A stretch of DNA of 64,000 nt from an uncultured Fibrobacterota bacterium (GCA_963831235.1 CAWHPS010000047.1:2306-66305), one strand, 5' to 3'. Counted from the stretch's first letter, positions 36,234 through 47,080 are shown. The notes: generated by a model from the letters alone, not told the origin. Translations and numbers: made by a program.

Positions 36234-37547
36234 TTATCTAAAATGAACAATTTTCTTTTGATAAATATCTCGCACTGTTTCAACTTTAATAAAATAAATG
36301 CCGTTAGGCAACAACTTTGGGGTCCAGAGAACTTTATTATTAGTTATTTGCTGAAAAACAGCGACTGATTTTCCATTTATATCATAAATTTGCATAATCG
36401 GATTGCTTGGCAAGTTTATCAAAAGAATTGAGATTGATGTATTGAATGGATTGGGATGGCATTTTATTTTCGAATAGGCAATATCATTTGCTGGTTTTTC
36501 AGCTTTTGTATCTATGCTATCAATCGGAATACCTGAGAAAGGTTTATAATAAACGGTTCCGAGTTTATAATTATCCTTTACATGTAACAGGTCTAATTCG
36601 ATTATGTTTGTATCGGTAGTTCCCCAATAATTATCCGGCGCTGATACATTGTTACTTCCACGTAATTTTATATTATAATTGGAATTAACCGCAAAGTTAT
36701 TTCTGCTCACAAAAACAGCTCCTGTTGAAGTTGTGTCAATCAAGATATCAGGATTATTGGCTGTAATATTGTTGTATTCAACATTTACGTCAGCATAATT
36801 AAAAATTACGATGCCAGCGCTCTGGTTATTATAAATATTATTAAACGAAATCGTGGCATTCTTCGCAAAGCTTCCGATTTTCAATGCATGCATACACGAA
36901 TTGTTGTAGACTGAATTGTTGGAAAAAATGCCACCTTCACGCATATAAATAGCTGGATTTTCACTACATCCCATATTATCTATTTCACAATATTTGATTG
37001 TTGCCATTTTATTGCATTGGATTGCTGCATAATTTGAATTATGAATCTTAAGACTGCATAATTCCATACCATCCTGGTTAGTGAAAAGACAATGGTACGA
37101 GTTGTAAATATGCAAATTTTTAATAAATGGTTTGCAACTATCAGCTTTAAGAGCCCAGCCACCATATGCGCTCGAATTACATATTACGCAATAATTGAAA
37201 ATTGAGCCTTGATTATTCTGCCAACTTTTGGTTTTTGAAGTTAATATTATCCCCAACCAAGAGGTGCCAGAGAAATAAATTGAGTCATCTATTTTACCAT
37301 TAGCAACCAAAGTGCCCTGAACTCGCAATTCAACATTGGGAGCAAAATCTAAATGTGTGCCTGGCAATATGGTAACAGTTGCAGTTTCTCCAATTAATAA
37401 ATTGCCCACAATCTTATATATAGTATCATTACTCCAGGTTAGATCTGTCTGGATAATTTGGCTTGTAATAGTTTTCTCAGGTAAAGCTAACACAATTGAG
37501 GAAAAGGCTATAATGCCAAATAAAGCCTTGATAAATAAATTATGCAT
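36234..37547 (-). CDS. secreted right-handed beta-helix protein with a T9SS C-terminal sorting domain (cassette gene)
   Basis: Repetitive N-rich beta-helix motifs (NNSVYNN, FNNIYNNQSAGIVIFN, NNITANN). C-terminus has HPNPFNTSISI...NGIYFIKVE, typical of Por/T9SS type A CTDs. Confidence 0.6.
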   Translation of the reverse strand: MHNLFIKALFGIIAFSSIVLALPEKTITSQIIQTDLTWSNDTIYKIVGNLLIGETATVTILPGTHLDFAPNVELRVQGTLVANGKIDDSIYFSGTSWLGIILTSKTKSWQNNQGSIFNYCVICNSSAYGGWALKADSCKPFIKNLHIYNSYHCLFTNQDGMELCSLKIHNSNYAAIQCNKMATIKYCEIDNMGCSENPAIYMREGGIFSNNSVYNNSCMHALKIGSFAKNATISFNNIYNNQSAGIVIFNYADVNVEYNNITANNPDILIDTTSTGAVFVSRNNFAVNSNYNIKLRGSNNVSAPDNYWGTTDTNIIELDLLHVKDNYKLGTVYYKPFSGIPIDSIDTKAEKPANDIAYSKIKCHPNPFNTSISILLINLPSNPIMQIYDINGKSVAVFQQITNNKVLWTPKLLPNGIYFIKVETVRDIYQKKIVHFR

Positions 37548-37972
37548 ATTACCTCCACAATAAAATGTTGATTGTCTCTCAAAATGGTTTTAGCCACCCC
37601 ACAGTGAGTGTGTGGCTTGGTTTCTGCATTTTGGCCCCACAAGACCACATCGTATTTTAATCCGGTGCCGTTACGACAGGTGTCTTTTCAGTTACGTTTA
37701 TCTTTGGCACCGGATTTCCCTTTTATTTCTTTTCTTAAATCCGGCGCAATTACGTTTATTCCCTTAGTAACGCAAGTGACGCGCCGGTCTTTGTGGTATT
37801 TTATAGCCCTCGAATACGTCTGCCTTTAAATCCGGCGCCGTTAGAGAGGGTGCTTTTCAGTTACATTTATCTTGGCACCGGATTTCGTTCTTCATCTCTC
37901 CAGTCAAGCTTAATTGCGCGGTCCGTAACTGCGTCAATTAAAGTTCGCAAGTTGGGCGGCAGTGCCATGTCC

Positions 37973-38100
37973 GGCCCAACGGCGGGTTGTGTTGCGCGCG
38001 CCGCGAGCGTCAAGCGAGCTTTCAAATAAAAGGCAACAAAGTCTATAATATATTTTTGTTGCCCTCTTTGCGCGCGTCAATACCAACCCGTTAGTTGGGC
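37973..38100 (-). repeat. integron attC site 18
   Basis: GGCCCAAC ... GTTGGGC. Confidence 0.8.
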
Positions 38101-38455
38101 TGCACTGCGGTTTGCCACCCTGCTCAGCTTCCCGCAGTGTCGGCATTTTGGCTATCTATTTGCCTTTCATTTTGCATTTCGACGCCGCCCAGCTTGCGTT
38201 ACCTTCCCGCGAAGGATTTTGCTTTTCTTCCGGCGCCATTACGTGTTGTGCTTTTCAGTTAAGTGTTTCAAGGCGCCGGTCTTCATGGTATATTTTAGCA
38301 ATCGAAGAAGCATGCCTTAAATCCGGTGCCGTTACGTTTTGTGCCTTTTTAGTTAAGTTTATCTTGGCACCGGATTTCGTCCTTATTTCTCCATTCAACT
38401 TAATTGCGCTCCGCGTCAATTACAGTTCTGCTTGTTGGGCTGCTCCGCTTTTGCC

Positions 38456-38583
38456 GGCACAACGGCGGGTTGTGTTGCGCGCGCCACGAGCGTCCAGCGA
38501 GCTTTTATATCAAAGGCAACAAAATCTATGATATATTTTTGTTGCCCTCTTTGCGCGCGTCAATACCAACCCGATAGTTGGGC
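38456..38583 (-). repeat. integron attC site 19
   Basis: GGCACAAC ... GTTGGGC. Confidence 0.8.
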
Positions 38584-38695
38584 TGCACCGCTGCCTTGCC
38601 CCCCGCCCAGCTTCCCTGCGGTGTCAGTATCTTCTTTGGCATCTTGGTTCCCTTATCTCACATTCCTTATCTTCTTCGGCTGAAGCATGGCTCAA

Positions 38696-38851
38696 TTATT
38701 TTAATCTACTCACCAAAACAAAACCAAGGCCTGCTAGCATTGAAGTAATGTCAAAAGTCAATATTCTGGAATCATCCATAATATTGATAAGCCCATTAAT
38801 CATCAACAACACACCGATTAAAATGATTGAGACCTTTATCCATTTGTTCAT
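38696..38851 (-). CDS. possible small membrane protein (51 aa)
   Basis: Hand-translated as MNKWIKVSIILIGVLLMINGLINIMDDSRILTFDITSMLAGLGFVLVSRLK. GGAGG upstream. It is the only ORF in this cassette. Confidence 0.3.
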   Translation of the reverse strand: MNKWIKVSIILIGVLLMINGLINIMDDSRILTFDITSMLAGLGFVLVSRLK

Positions 38852-38994
38852 TTAACCTACCTCCTTTCACATCTTAAACATATACTCTGCAATTTTCTCA
38901 CTAGCAGCACTTCCGTCAATTATTCCACACTTCTTTCCATTTCACAGTGCGGCAAATATTAGTTTTCCTCTTCCATTTCTTGCTTCTGATTTTG

Positions 38995-39121
38995 CTCCCA
39001 ACGGCGGGTTGTGTTGCGCGCGCCGCGAGCTTCCAGCGAACTTTTATATTAAAGGCAACAAAGTCTAAAATATATATTTGTTGCCCTCCTCGCGCGCGTC
39101 AATACCAACCCGTAGTTGGGC
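38995..39121 (-). repeat. integron attC site 20
   Basis: CTCCCAAC ... GTTGGGC. Confidence 0.75.
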
Positions 39122-39220
39122 CTACACCGCTGCCTTACCCGCCCCCGCCCAACTTCTCGCGGTGTCGGCACTTCGCCTTCTTTATGATGATTTATAAGAG
39201 CTTTTTACATCTTTTATGTC

Positions 39221-39922
39221 TTAAAGAACTTTCTTTTTTAGGCCTACCCATACTATACAATCCAATATTTTATCAGGGACAGTTTCAATGTCTGCTTCAA
39301 TCTTGCTTAATGAATATAGCTCCTTCTTTGATGCAAAGAATATTTTCTCAAGGAAGACATTCTCGACTGAAATCAAATAAAGTTGAAATATTTCGTTTAA
39401 ATCAGTTGCTAATTTTGATTGCTGCATAAACTTTATTACTTTTTTGTAATCCTTATTATGAACATCATCTCCCAATCCTATCGTTTGCCGATATTGTCTT
39501 GTTACTTGGACTGCGAGATCCCCGCTTAAAATTAGCCGTCCGAATGATATTGAATTTAATGAATCGAAGTTGAAGTCTTTTGAACCTTCTTTTAGAATTG
39601 CTTTTAATTCAGTCATTCGCTGCAAATATGACATGGTTTTTTGGGCATATGGAATATTTAAAAGAACTCCAACTTTCCCATCTTCTTTTGACTCAACAAA
39701 AATACAAGTAAAGTCAGACGTATCCTTATTAAGGATAACAAAATATCCTTTCGCCCTTTTTCTGTATGCCGACCCAGCAATTTCATCAGTAATCGTCCTG
39801 CTTCCAATAATAGTATCATTCCTAACAGACAGTTCCCTTGATTGTGAAAAGCAGCATTGCTCATAACCACTCATCAAAACTGACAATACTATTAATATCG
39901 CTACCACAAATGAACGATTCAT
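39221..39922 (-). CDS. hypothetical secreted protein (cassette gene)
   Basis: 233-aa ORF with signal peptide MNRSFVVAILIVLSVLMSG. No recognisable family. Confidence 0.55.
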   Translation of the reverse strand: MNRSFVVAILIVLSVLMSGYEQCCFSQSRELSVRNDTIIGSRTITDEIAGSAYRKRAKGYFVILNKDTSDFTCIFVESKEDGKVGVLLNIPYAQKTMSYLQRMTELKAILKEGSKDFNFDSLNSISFGRLILSGDLAVQVTRQYRQTIGLGDDVHNKDYKKVIKFMQQSKLATDLNEIFQLYLISVENVFLEKIFFASKKELYSLSKIEADIETVPDKILDCIVWVGLKKKVL

Positions 39923-40035
39923 AGCTTCTCCACTTTTTGATTTATATGTTTATTTTATTCGGAGCCTAATAATTACCTTTCCTTCAGTTTACAAGGAAGC
40001 GCGATTCTCTTCTTCGTCTTTGCTTCCGTTTTCGG

Positions 40036-40165
40036 CATCCAACGGCGGGTTGTGTTGCGCGCGCCTTGCTCGCGTCCAGCGAGCTTTTATATAAAAGGCA
40101 ACAAAATCTATAATCAATATTTGTTGCCCTCTTTGCGCGCGTCAATACCAACCCGTTAGTTGGGC
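40036..40165 (-). repeat. integron attC site 21
   Basis: CATCCAAC ... GTTGGGC. Confidence 0.8.
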
Positions 40166-40641
40166 TGCACTGCGGTTTGCCACCCTGCTCAGCTTCCCGC
40201 AGTGTCGGCATTTTGGCTATCTATTTGCCTTTTTTTTTTGCATTTTGACGCCGCCCAGCTTACGTTACCTACCCACAAGGCGACATTGCATTTTTCTTTT
40301 GCATTTCGACACCGCCCAGCTTACGTTACCTACCCACAAGGTGACATTGCTTTTTCTTCATCTTTCGATTCTGTTTTACTTACGTTACCTTCCCGCGAAG
40401 GATTTTGCTTTTCTTCCGGCGCCATTACGCGTTGTGCTTTTCAGTTAAGTGTTTCAAGGCGCCGGTCTTCATGGTATATTTTAGCAATCGAATAAGTATG
40501 CCTTTAATCCGGTGCCGTTACGTTTTGTGCCTTTTTAGTTACGTTTATCTTGGCACCGGATTTCGTCCTTATATCTCAATTCCGCTTAATTGCGCTCCGC
40601 GTCAATTACAGTTCTGCTTGTTGGGCTGCTCTGCTTTTGCC

Positions 40642-40769
40642 GGCACAACGACGGGTTGTGTTGCGCGCGCCGCGAGCGTCAAGCGAGCTTTCAAATAAAA
40701 GGCAACAAAGTCTATAATCAATATTTGTTGCCCTCTTTGCGCGCGTCAATACCAACCCGATAGTTGGGG
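40642..40769 (-). repeat. integron attC site 22
   Basis: GGCACAAC ... GTTGGGG. Confidence 0.8.
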
Positions 40770-40948
40770 CTGCACCGCGAATATGCCCACGCGTTAAGCT
40801 ACCGCGGTGTCAGCATCTCCGGCGCCATTACACGTTGTGCCTTTTTAGTTAAGTTTATCTTGGCGCCGGTCTTTTCTTCTTTCTTTTGATGCTGCCAAGC
40901 TCGCGTTGCCGTCCTTCAAGGCTTCTACACAAACTTGCCTTTACATCT

Positions 40949-41425
40949 TTATTGATATTTAACATCATTAAAGATAATCCAACCATTTTCATGCACATTA
41001 TTTGGGTCATGGTGGGTCCAGTGCATTAATCCGCCCTGATCATTCCAAACGTAATCACCATGAACGTAGACAAGGGAACCGATTTGGATCCCAGCTACAC
41101 GAGGTGCAATGTCAATATTGTGTTCGATCAATAAAGTTTGTTGGTTGGATAGTTGAATAATAAAGCGTTGGTGATTTTCTCCTATAGTATCATCGTTTAG
41201 AATGCGAATTATGGCTCCTTTTACGGTAACATTTAAATTACTGTCTTGATTGGCAAATGCTGCTTCAATTACAGAAATAGGTGTTAGACTAGAATCCAAT
41301 GGAATATTAGTTTGAGCAGCAGTATTGGTGATTTCTTTGGGACTTTGCAATGAGCAACCATTTATACCCACAATAAAATAAAATAGCAAAAGGGCTACGC
41401 ATTGACTGATTGCTTTTTTATGCAT
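40949..41425 (-). CDS. DUF3465-like lipoprotein (cassette gene, copy 2)
   Basis: 158 aa, protein identical to 34579-35055. Confidence 0.6.
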   Translation of the reverse strand: MHKKAISQCVALLLFYFIVGINGCSLQSPKEITNTAAQTNIPLDSSLTPISVIEAAFANQDSNLNVTVKGAIIRILNDDTIGENHQRFIIQLSNQQTLLIEHNIDIAPRVAGIQIGSLVYVHGDYVWNDQGGLMHWTHHDPNNVHENGWIIFNDVKYQ

Positions 41426-41707
41426 TTTAATCTGCTTTGCTTACGTTGCCTACCCAGAAAAGATTTTGTCTTTAATCCGGCGCCGTTACGATTTGTGCCT
41501 TTTCAGTTAAGCCTATCTTGGCGCCGGTCTGATTTCCTGGTATTTTCATAGCCCGCGAATACGTCTGCCTTTAAATCTGGTGCCATTACGACGGGTGTTT
41601 TTCAGTTACGTTTATCTTGGCACCGGATTTCGTCCTCATTTCTTCATTACACTTAATTGTGCTCCGCATCAATTACAGTGCGCGAGTTGGGCGGCGCTGC
41701 ATCGTCC

Positions 41708-41836
41708 GGCCCAACGGCGGGTTGTGTTGCGCGCGCTGGCGAGCATCGAGCGAGCCTTTATATCAAAGGCAACAAAATCCATGATCTATTTTTGTTGCCC
41801 TCTTTGCGCGCGTCAATACCAACCCGATAGTTGGGG
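41708..41836 (-). repeat. integron attC site 23
   Basis: GGCCCAAC ... GTTGGGG. Central region matches attC-1. Confidence 0.8.
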
Positions 41837-42016
41837 CTGCACCGCGAATGTGCCCACGCGTTAAGCTACCGCGGTGTCAGCATTTTCCGGCGACATTACG
41901 TCTTGTGTCTTTATAGTTAAGTCTATCTTGCGCCGGTCTTTTCCGTTAATCTCATTTTACATTTATCTCTTTGCCATTTACTCTCTTGGACATCCTTTAA
42001 AAGATGAATATTACCT

Positions 42017-42817
42017 TTACTTTCCGTGCCAACTGAAAGAATTCATAGTACCTTTAAAATGATGTGATGGCCTATCCGAATGATTTTTAGGATTATCTAA
42101 AAAAACAGCTCGATAATGGCAAAAAATGGTCTCGTCTCTTATTATGTTTGAAGAAATGGATAACTTATTAACGATTTCTTTCTCGAAAGTAGTGTATGGT
42201 GAAGTCCAGCATATTTCAAGAATATTTGTATTGCTTTTGTTGTCATTCTTAAACTTGACAGTTCGTTTACGGATCGTTTGAGGGAAGGGGACTGTCCCTT
42301 TCGTTATGCACGAAGCAAGCATAGAAGATGTTAGAATTTTCATTCCGGCAGGACCATCTCTTTCTATCTTGTATGCTTCATAATGAGCGTCACTTACTAT
42401 ACTATAAATTTGAAGATTTGAAGGTATAGTATATTTGCTTTTGTCGATACCTTGCCAATTATTACCTATGGAAATCCCTGCTCGTAACCAAATATTGTTA
42501 CAGAAACATACTTTGAAGAGTATTCTTAGAAAGGAAATGCCTTCGGAAATATCTGTGAATTTAACACTCAGGCCATCAGAAAAAATGCAACCTTCGAATG
42601 CTTTAAAATATCTAAACAATTCAATTGTCCAATATTGAAAGCGCTCAATCTCAACTTTGGCTTTAATCATATTCTTGAATGAATCTTTTCCATAATATGG
42701 ATCCTTCAGTTTATTCCCAGTTCCGAGAATATCAGTCCATAACGCATATTGATGCAGGAAAGGTGCGTTATTTCGAGTCATTTTAAAAAACCTTTCTTTT
42801 CGCGTTAGCCTTTTCAA
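42017..42817 (-). CDS. hypothetical cytoplasmic protein with possible class III nucleotidyl-cyclase-like motifs
   Basis: ALWTDILGTG, IFSDGLSVKF, LRAGISIGNNWQG and SDAHYEAYKIERDGPAGMKILTS resemble the metal-Asp, GDG, R-x-G-I-H and AAR blocks of cyclase homology domains. The similarity is weak and judged by eye only. Confidence 0.3.
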   Translation of the reverse strand: MKRLTRKERFFKMTRNNAPFLHQYALWTDILGTGNKLKDPYYGKDSFKNMIKAKVEIERFQYWTIELFRYFKAFEGCIFSDGLSVKFTDISEGISFLRILFKVCFCNNIWLRAGISIGNNWQGIDKSKYTIPSNLQIYSIVSDAHYEAYKIERDGPAGMKILTSSMLASCITKGTVPFPQTIRKRTVKFKNDNKSNTNILEICWTSPYTTFEKEIVNKLSISSNIIRDETIFCHYRAVFLDNPKNHSDRPSHHFKGTMNSFSWHGK

Positions 42818-42887
42818 TCTTTTATACTTTGTTTATTCTTTATTCAGGTTTCATTATATTTAGTCCCGACTCAGAAAAGGTTGATTT

Positions 42888-44192
42888 TTATCGTTTTATG
42901 CTAAGCACATTTATGAACCCTTTTTCTATGGCAAGGTTTCGAAGTTCATTTTCTCCATATTTATCTGCGTAACTACTTGCAAGAATACTAAACTGTTGCG
43001 CAAATGTCATAACACTACGATCTCCAAATGTTTCTAGCTCCTTTTGCTTTATATTATAATCATACGATTTTGTAAAGTGTTCTAAATTATACGCCATTTC
43101 TTTATATTTATTTGTTGCGTCAATATATAGAATTGCTACTCTATATAAAGAGTCTGCTAGTCTATTTTTATCAATAATAAGTTGGTTTTTTTGTTGTATC
43201 GCCTGCAGTTGTATCGCCTGCAGTTGTTTATCGTACATATCCGAATTATGGGTGTCCATTGAATCTGCAACCTTTATTGCTTGGTCCATTTTGGTAGATC
43301 TCAGAAGCGAAGACATCTTTGTTTTAAAATTAATGCTACTCTCATGACTTTTTATAGAAATTAAAGGAGTCATTATCTTGCTATTATATATTGGGCAGAT
43401 ATCTTGACATATAGCCTTTGTGTCGTTCTTACAATATTTTGAATTGATAAAACACTTTACAATAGTATCGCAAATATTATCGGCAATTGGCGTTGCTGAA
43501 AGGGTATACAAATATTGATAAATATCAGTACTATGGGGATTATTTAATATTTCTGAAATAAATTTCAATATTTCTGGTTCTTTTTCAATATATTTCGTAA
43601 TAAGCATATGTTTGTGTTTCTTAACATAAATGCTTGTTTCATCTAAATAGTCATATAATGCATTATTCTCCAAAAATGAGGCTAACATAATTGAACGAAC
43701 AAAACTACTGTCATATTTAAAAAGGGAGTCAAAATCAAATTTAGATAAAACCCAGAAAGCCTTTTTAACTTCTGTTATAGGATCTGAAGTCTCACGTAGG
43801 TGTTCTAATGATAATAACTTTTCCGAGTAATTTAAAACAATTGCACATGTTTTTGAAGGATAGTCAATGTCAAGTAGACATTTTATTGCCATATAACTTG
43901 CGGAATCGTTAATGCCTTTATAATTTATCAACGATTGCAAAGAACAAATTGAAATCGTAGAGAATTTTCTAAGCAAAAGCATGTCAAACTCATTTAATAC
44001 ATTGTCTGTGCGTATTTTATTTAATTCTTGCGAAATTAACAACGCTTTCCCAGCATCATCAAGCTGGTTAACATATTCATTGTATTTCGAACTGTCTGTA
44101 TCATATTTATCTTTTAGCTCTGTCAAGGTCGGCGCACATGACATTATAAACTGCAAGCAAAAAAGAAAGATATAATAATATAATGTTTTCAT
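42888..44192 (-). CDS. hypothetical lipoprotein, alpha-helical (cassette gene)
   Basis: 434-aa ORF with a lipobox-like QFIMSC. Contains an in-frame 15-bp tandem duplication (QLQAIQLQAIQ). Confidence 0.55.
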   Translation of the reverse strand: MKTLYYYIFLFCLQFIMSCAPTLTELKDKYDTDSSKYNEYVNQLDDAGKALLISQELNKIRTDNVLNEFDMLLLRKFSTISICSLQSLINYKGINDSASYMAIKCLLDIDYPSKTCAIVLNYSEKLLSLEHLRETSDPITEVKKAFWVLSKFDFDSLFKYDSSFVRSIMLASFLENNALYDYLDETSIYVKKHKHMLITKYIEKEPEILKFISEILNNPHSTDIYQYLYTLSATPIADNICDTIVKCFINSKYCKNDTKAICQDICPIYNSKIMTPLISIKSHESSINFKTKMSSLLRSTKMDQAIKVADSMDTHNSDMYDKQLQAIQLQAIQQKNQLIIDKNRLADSLYRVAILYIDATNKYKEMAYNLEHFTKSYDYNIKQKELETFGDRSVMTFAQQFSILASSYADKYGENELRNLAIEKGFINVLSIKR

Positions 44193-44270
44193 AAAGAATC
44201 CTCCTCTTATAAATTAATCACATTTTATCAGACCATATATATGTTTTGTAACGTTTTATTAATTGCGTTA

Positions 44271-44282
44271 GGGGGGGGGGGG
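44271..44282. repeat. G12 homopolymer tract (C12 on the coding strand) upstream of the 434-aa ORF
   Basis: Counted directly from TTAGGGGGGGGGGGGTTGAT. Lies 79-90 nt upstream of the ATG at 44192. Confidence 0.9.
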
Positions 44283-44343
44283 TTGATTAAACTCTTTTCC
44301 AGATATTGATTTCATGGTACTGCTCAATTGCATCTTGTTCTTT

Positions 44344-44733
44344 TCAATTAAGTAATCCAGTCGCCGGATTTCTTTCTCGACTGGTTTGCGTTAGCTTTCC
44401 AAAAGGCGACATGGTGGGTAATTTTGCATAGCCTTGTCTTTTATGTCTTTTTAGCTTTTGTAGCGTCCCTCTTACACCCGAAACCAAAGATGGTGTAAGG
44501 GGTCTCGAGCTGTAAGTCTCAATAGATAAAGTAAATGTATTTCCTTCATCTCCATTAGGCAAGATTTGTATCACTTGATGGGTTATTTTTTTGTTGTCAA
44601 AATCGTGTTTAACTTGTGGCTTGAATTTGGCTTCACAACCATTATGTTTACAAATATACTGAATAATTTTAGTGCCTTCCTTAATGTTTTGCATTTTGTT
44701 TTTGCATAAAGGGCAAGAAAATTGGTCTGTCAT
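44344..44733 (-). CDS. small zinc-ribbon protein (cassette gene)
   Basis: CPLCKNK...CKHNGC motif. The 3' third of the ORF reads through N/M-module-like DNA, so the true C-terminus is uncertain. Confidence 0.4.
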   Translation of the reverse strand: MTDQFSCPLCKNKMQNIKEGTKIIQYICKHNGCEAKFKPQVKHDFDNKKITHQVIQILPNGDEGNTFTLSIETYSSRPLTPSLVSGVRGTLQKLKRHKRQGYAKLPTMSPFGKLTQTSRERNPATGLLN

Positions 44734-44932
44734 ACTTCCTCCCGTTTGGAATTTCGATTTTGTTTTGCTTGCTTTATCTTCTACAAAGGATAGTGTCTTT
44801 TATCCGGCGCCATTACGTCTTGTACTTTCAGTTAAGTGATCCTGGCGCCGGATTTCGTCCAGATCTCTTCATTACACTTAATTGTGCATCGCATCAATTA
44901 CAGTGCGCAAGTTGGGCGGCGCTGCATCGTCC

Positions 44933-45060
44933 GGCCCAACGGCGGGTTGTGTTGCGCGCGCTGCGAGCTTCCAGCGAGCTTTCAAATAAAAGGCAACAAA
45001 GTCTATAATATATTTTTGTTGCCATCTTTGCGCGCGTCAATACCAACCCGTTAGTTGGGC
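44933..45060 (-). repeat. integron attC site 24
   Basis: GGCCCAAC ... GTTGGGC. Confidence 0.8.
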
Positions 45061-45415
45061 TGCACTGCGGTTTGCCACCCTGCTCAGCTTCCCGCAGTGT
45101 CGGCATTTTGGCTATCTATTTGCCTTTCATTTTGCATTTCGACGCCGCCCAGCTTGCGTTACCTTCCCGCGAAGGATTTTGCTTTTCTTCCGGCGCCATT
45201 ACGCGTTGTGTTTTTCAGTTAAGTGTTTCAAGGCGCCGGTCTTCATGGTATATTTTAGCCCTCGAATAAGTATGCCTTTAATCCGGTGCCGTTACGTTTT
45301 GTGCCTTTTTAGTTACGTTTATCTTGGCACCGGATTTCGTCCTTATCCATTCATTCAACTTAATTGCGCTCTGCGTCAATTACAGTTCTGCTTGTTGGGC
45401 TGCTCTGCTTTTGCC

Positions 45416-45542
45416 GGCACAACGGCGGGTTGTGTTGCGCGCGCCGCGAGCTTCCAGCGAGCTTTATATTAAAGGCAACAAAGTCCATAATCAATATTTG
45501 TTGCCCTCCTTGCGCGCGTCAATACCAACCCGATAGTTGGGC
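45416..45542 (-). repeat. integron attC site 25
   Basis: GGCACAAC ... GTTGGGC. Confidence 0.8.
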
Positions 45543-46089
45543 CTACACCGAGGCTCATTGCAAACACCATGCTCTCCGGCAATGTCCTTTTTTCCTTCGA
45601 CGCCGCCCATCTGTTAACTCATCTACATAAGGCGACACTGCATTTCCCTCTATCCTGCAACACTACACTCTTACGTTACCTGCAGACAGAGGATTTTTAT
45701 CTCATATTTCAAAACGCACCGCCTCCCTTTCGGCGGTACCAAAGTTTACGCTTACCTGACGAAACCGAATCTATCTAACATTTTCTTCGATATTTTCCGA
45801 AAATATTACGTTTCGTGTTTTTTAGTTACGTGATCTTTTTCCGAAATATCTTCTTCATTCTCTTTTTGCTTTTCCGGCGCCATTACGTTTTGTGCCTTTT
45901 TAGTTACGTCTACTTGGCGCCGGTCTTTGTGGTATATTTTAGCGATCGAAGACGCATGCCTTAAATCCGGTGCCGTTACGACGAGTGTTTTTCAGTTACG
46001 TTTATCTTGGCACCGGATTTCGTCCTTATCTCTTCATTCCGAACACCGAATCAATTATGGTTCACTTGTTGGACTGCTCTGCTTTTCCC

Positions 46090-46217
46090 GGCCCAACGGC
46101 GGGTTGTTTTGCGCGCGCCTGCGAGCGTCAAGCGAGCTTTAAAATTAAAGGCAACAAAATCTATGATCAATATTTGTTGCCCTCTTTGCGCGCGTCAATA
46201 CCAACCCGTAGTTGGGC
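46090..46217 (-). repeat. integron attC site 26
   Basis: GGCCCAAC ... GTTGGGC. Confidence 0.8.
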
Positions 46218-46306
46218 CCTACACCGAGGCTCATGTCCTCCGCCTACCTCTCCGGCAATGTCAGCCTTTTCCCAGCATTTCAATCTGCTTTATAAAATAA
46301 TGGTTA

Positions 46307-47080
46307 CTAAAAGTTGAATCCACCTGTAACATTGAACCATTTTGTTGATTCACCTTCGGTAAACACAATTTTAAATCCAGCTTTAAGCTCTATTACTTGC
46401 AAATCCGCACCTCCCTCAATAGAAACACCAAAATCACCTTCAGATACACTTACGGATTGTCCATATCCTGATACTGTTGCAGTTCCATTAAAATAACCAA
46501 GCCCAGGTTGAAAAAAACCTCCGGAACCTGAACTACTTTGTTTAAAACGCATAATTGCCAATATTGATAAATAGGAGAGTGAAGCACCCATGGATGAAAG
46601 ACCATATTCTGACAAGTCAAATGACCACTTTTGATAGCCGACTTGAGCACCCAAGCAAATACCTGGTTTTATTCTTGAGTAAAATGTACCATCAAGGCCG
46701 AATCCCATATTCATATTTTCTGAACCTGTACCTAACGCCTTTGCTATTCCACCGGTGATCGAAAAGCCATTCTCGCCTGGTTTTTTTGATACAGATTCTG
46801 TCAATTCCTGATCTTCTGACCTGCCTTCAAAATCATTTGTCGCAGACTTCGATGCAAGTGGTTTTAATATCTGCTCGGAAGAAATGCTGTCAATATCAGA
46901 GAATTTGAAAACAAATATACTTCCATCTCCTGTTTCTATTTTAATATGGTCTCCGTCTACCTTTTCAATGATTTTACCCTTTACAACGCTACCATCATGT
47001 AGAGAAACAACATCTCGAGAGTTTTTTTGTCCATACAAATTAGCCAGCAAAACGACCATTATAACTAAAAGAACTTTCAT
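46307..47080 (-). CDS. outer-membrane beta-barrel-like protein (first cassette)
   Basis: Signal peptide, Gly/Ser-rich alternating beta-strand C-terminal half, terminal Phe (..VTGGFNF). Confidence 0.55.
   Translation of the reverse strand: MKVLLVIMVVLLANLYGQKNSRDVVSLHDGSVVKGKIIEKVDGDHIKIETGDGSIFVFKFSDIDSISSEQILKPLASKSATNDFEGRSEDQELTESVSKKPGENGFSITGGIAKALGTGSENMNMGFGLDGTFYSRIKPGICLGAQVGYQKWSFDLSEYGLSSMGASLSYLSILAIMRFKQSSSGSGGFFQPGLGYFNGTATVSGYGQSVSVSEGDFGVSIEGGADLQVIELKAGFKIVFTEGESTKWFNVTGGFNF

Noticed and set aside
43194-43227. A 15-bp tandem duplication (TTGTATCGCCTGCAG x2) inside the 434-aa lipoprotein gene.
   Set aside because: It is real but in frame (QLQAIQLQAIQ), only two copies, and probably a neutral slippage event of little wider interest.
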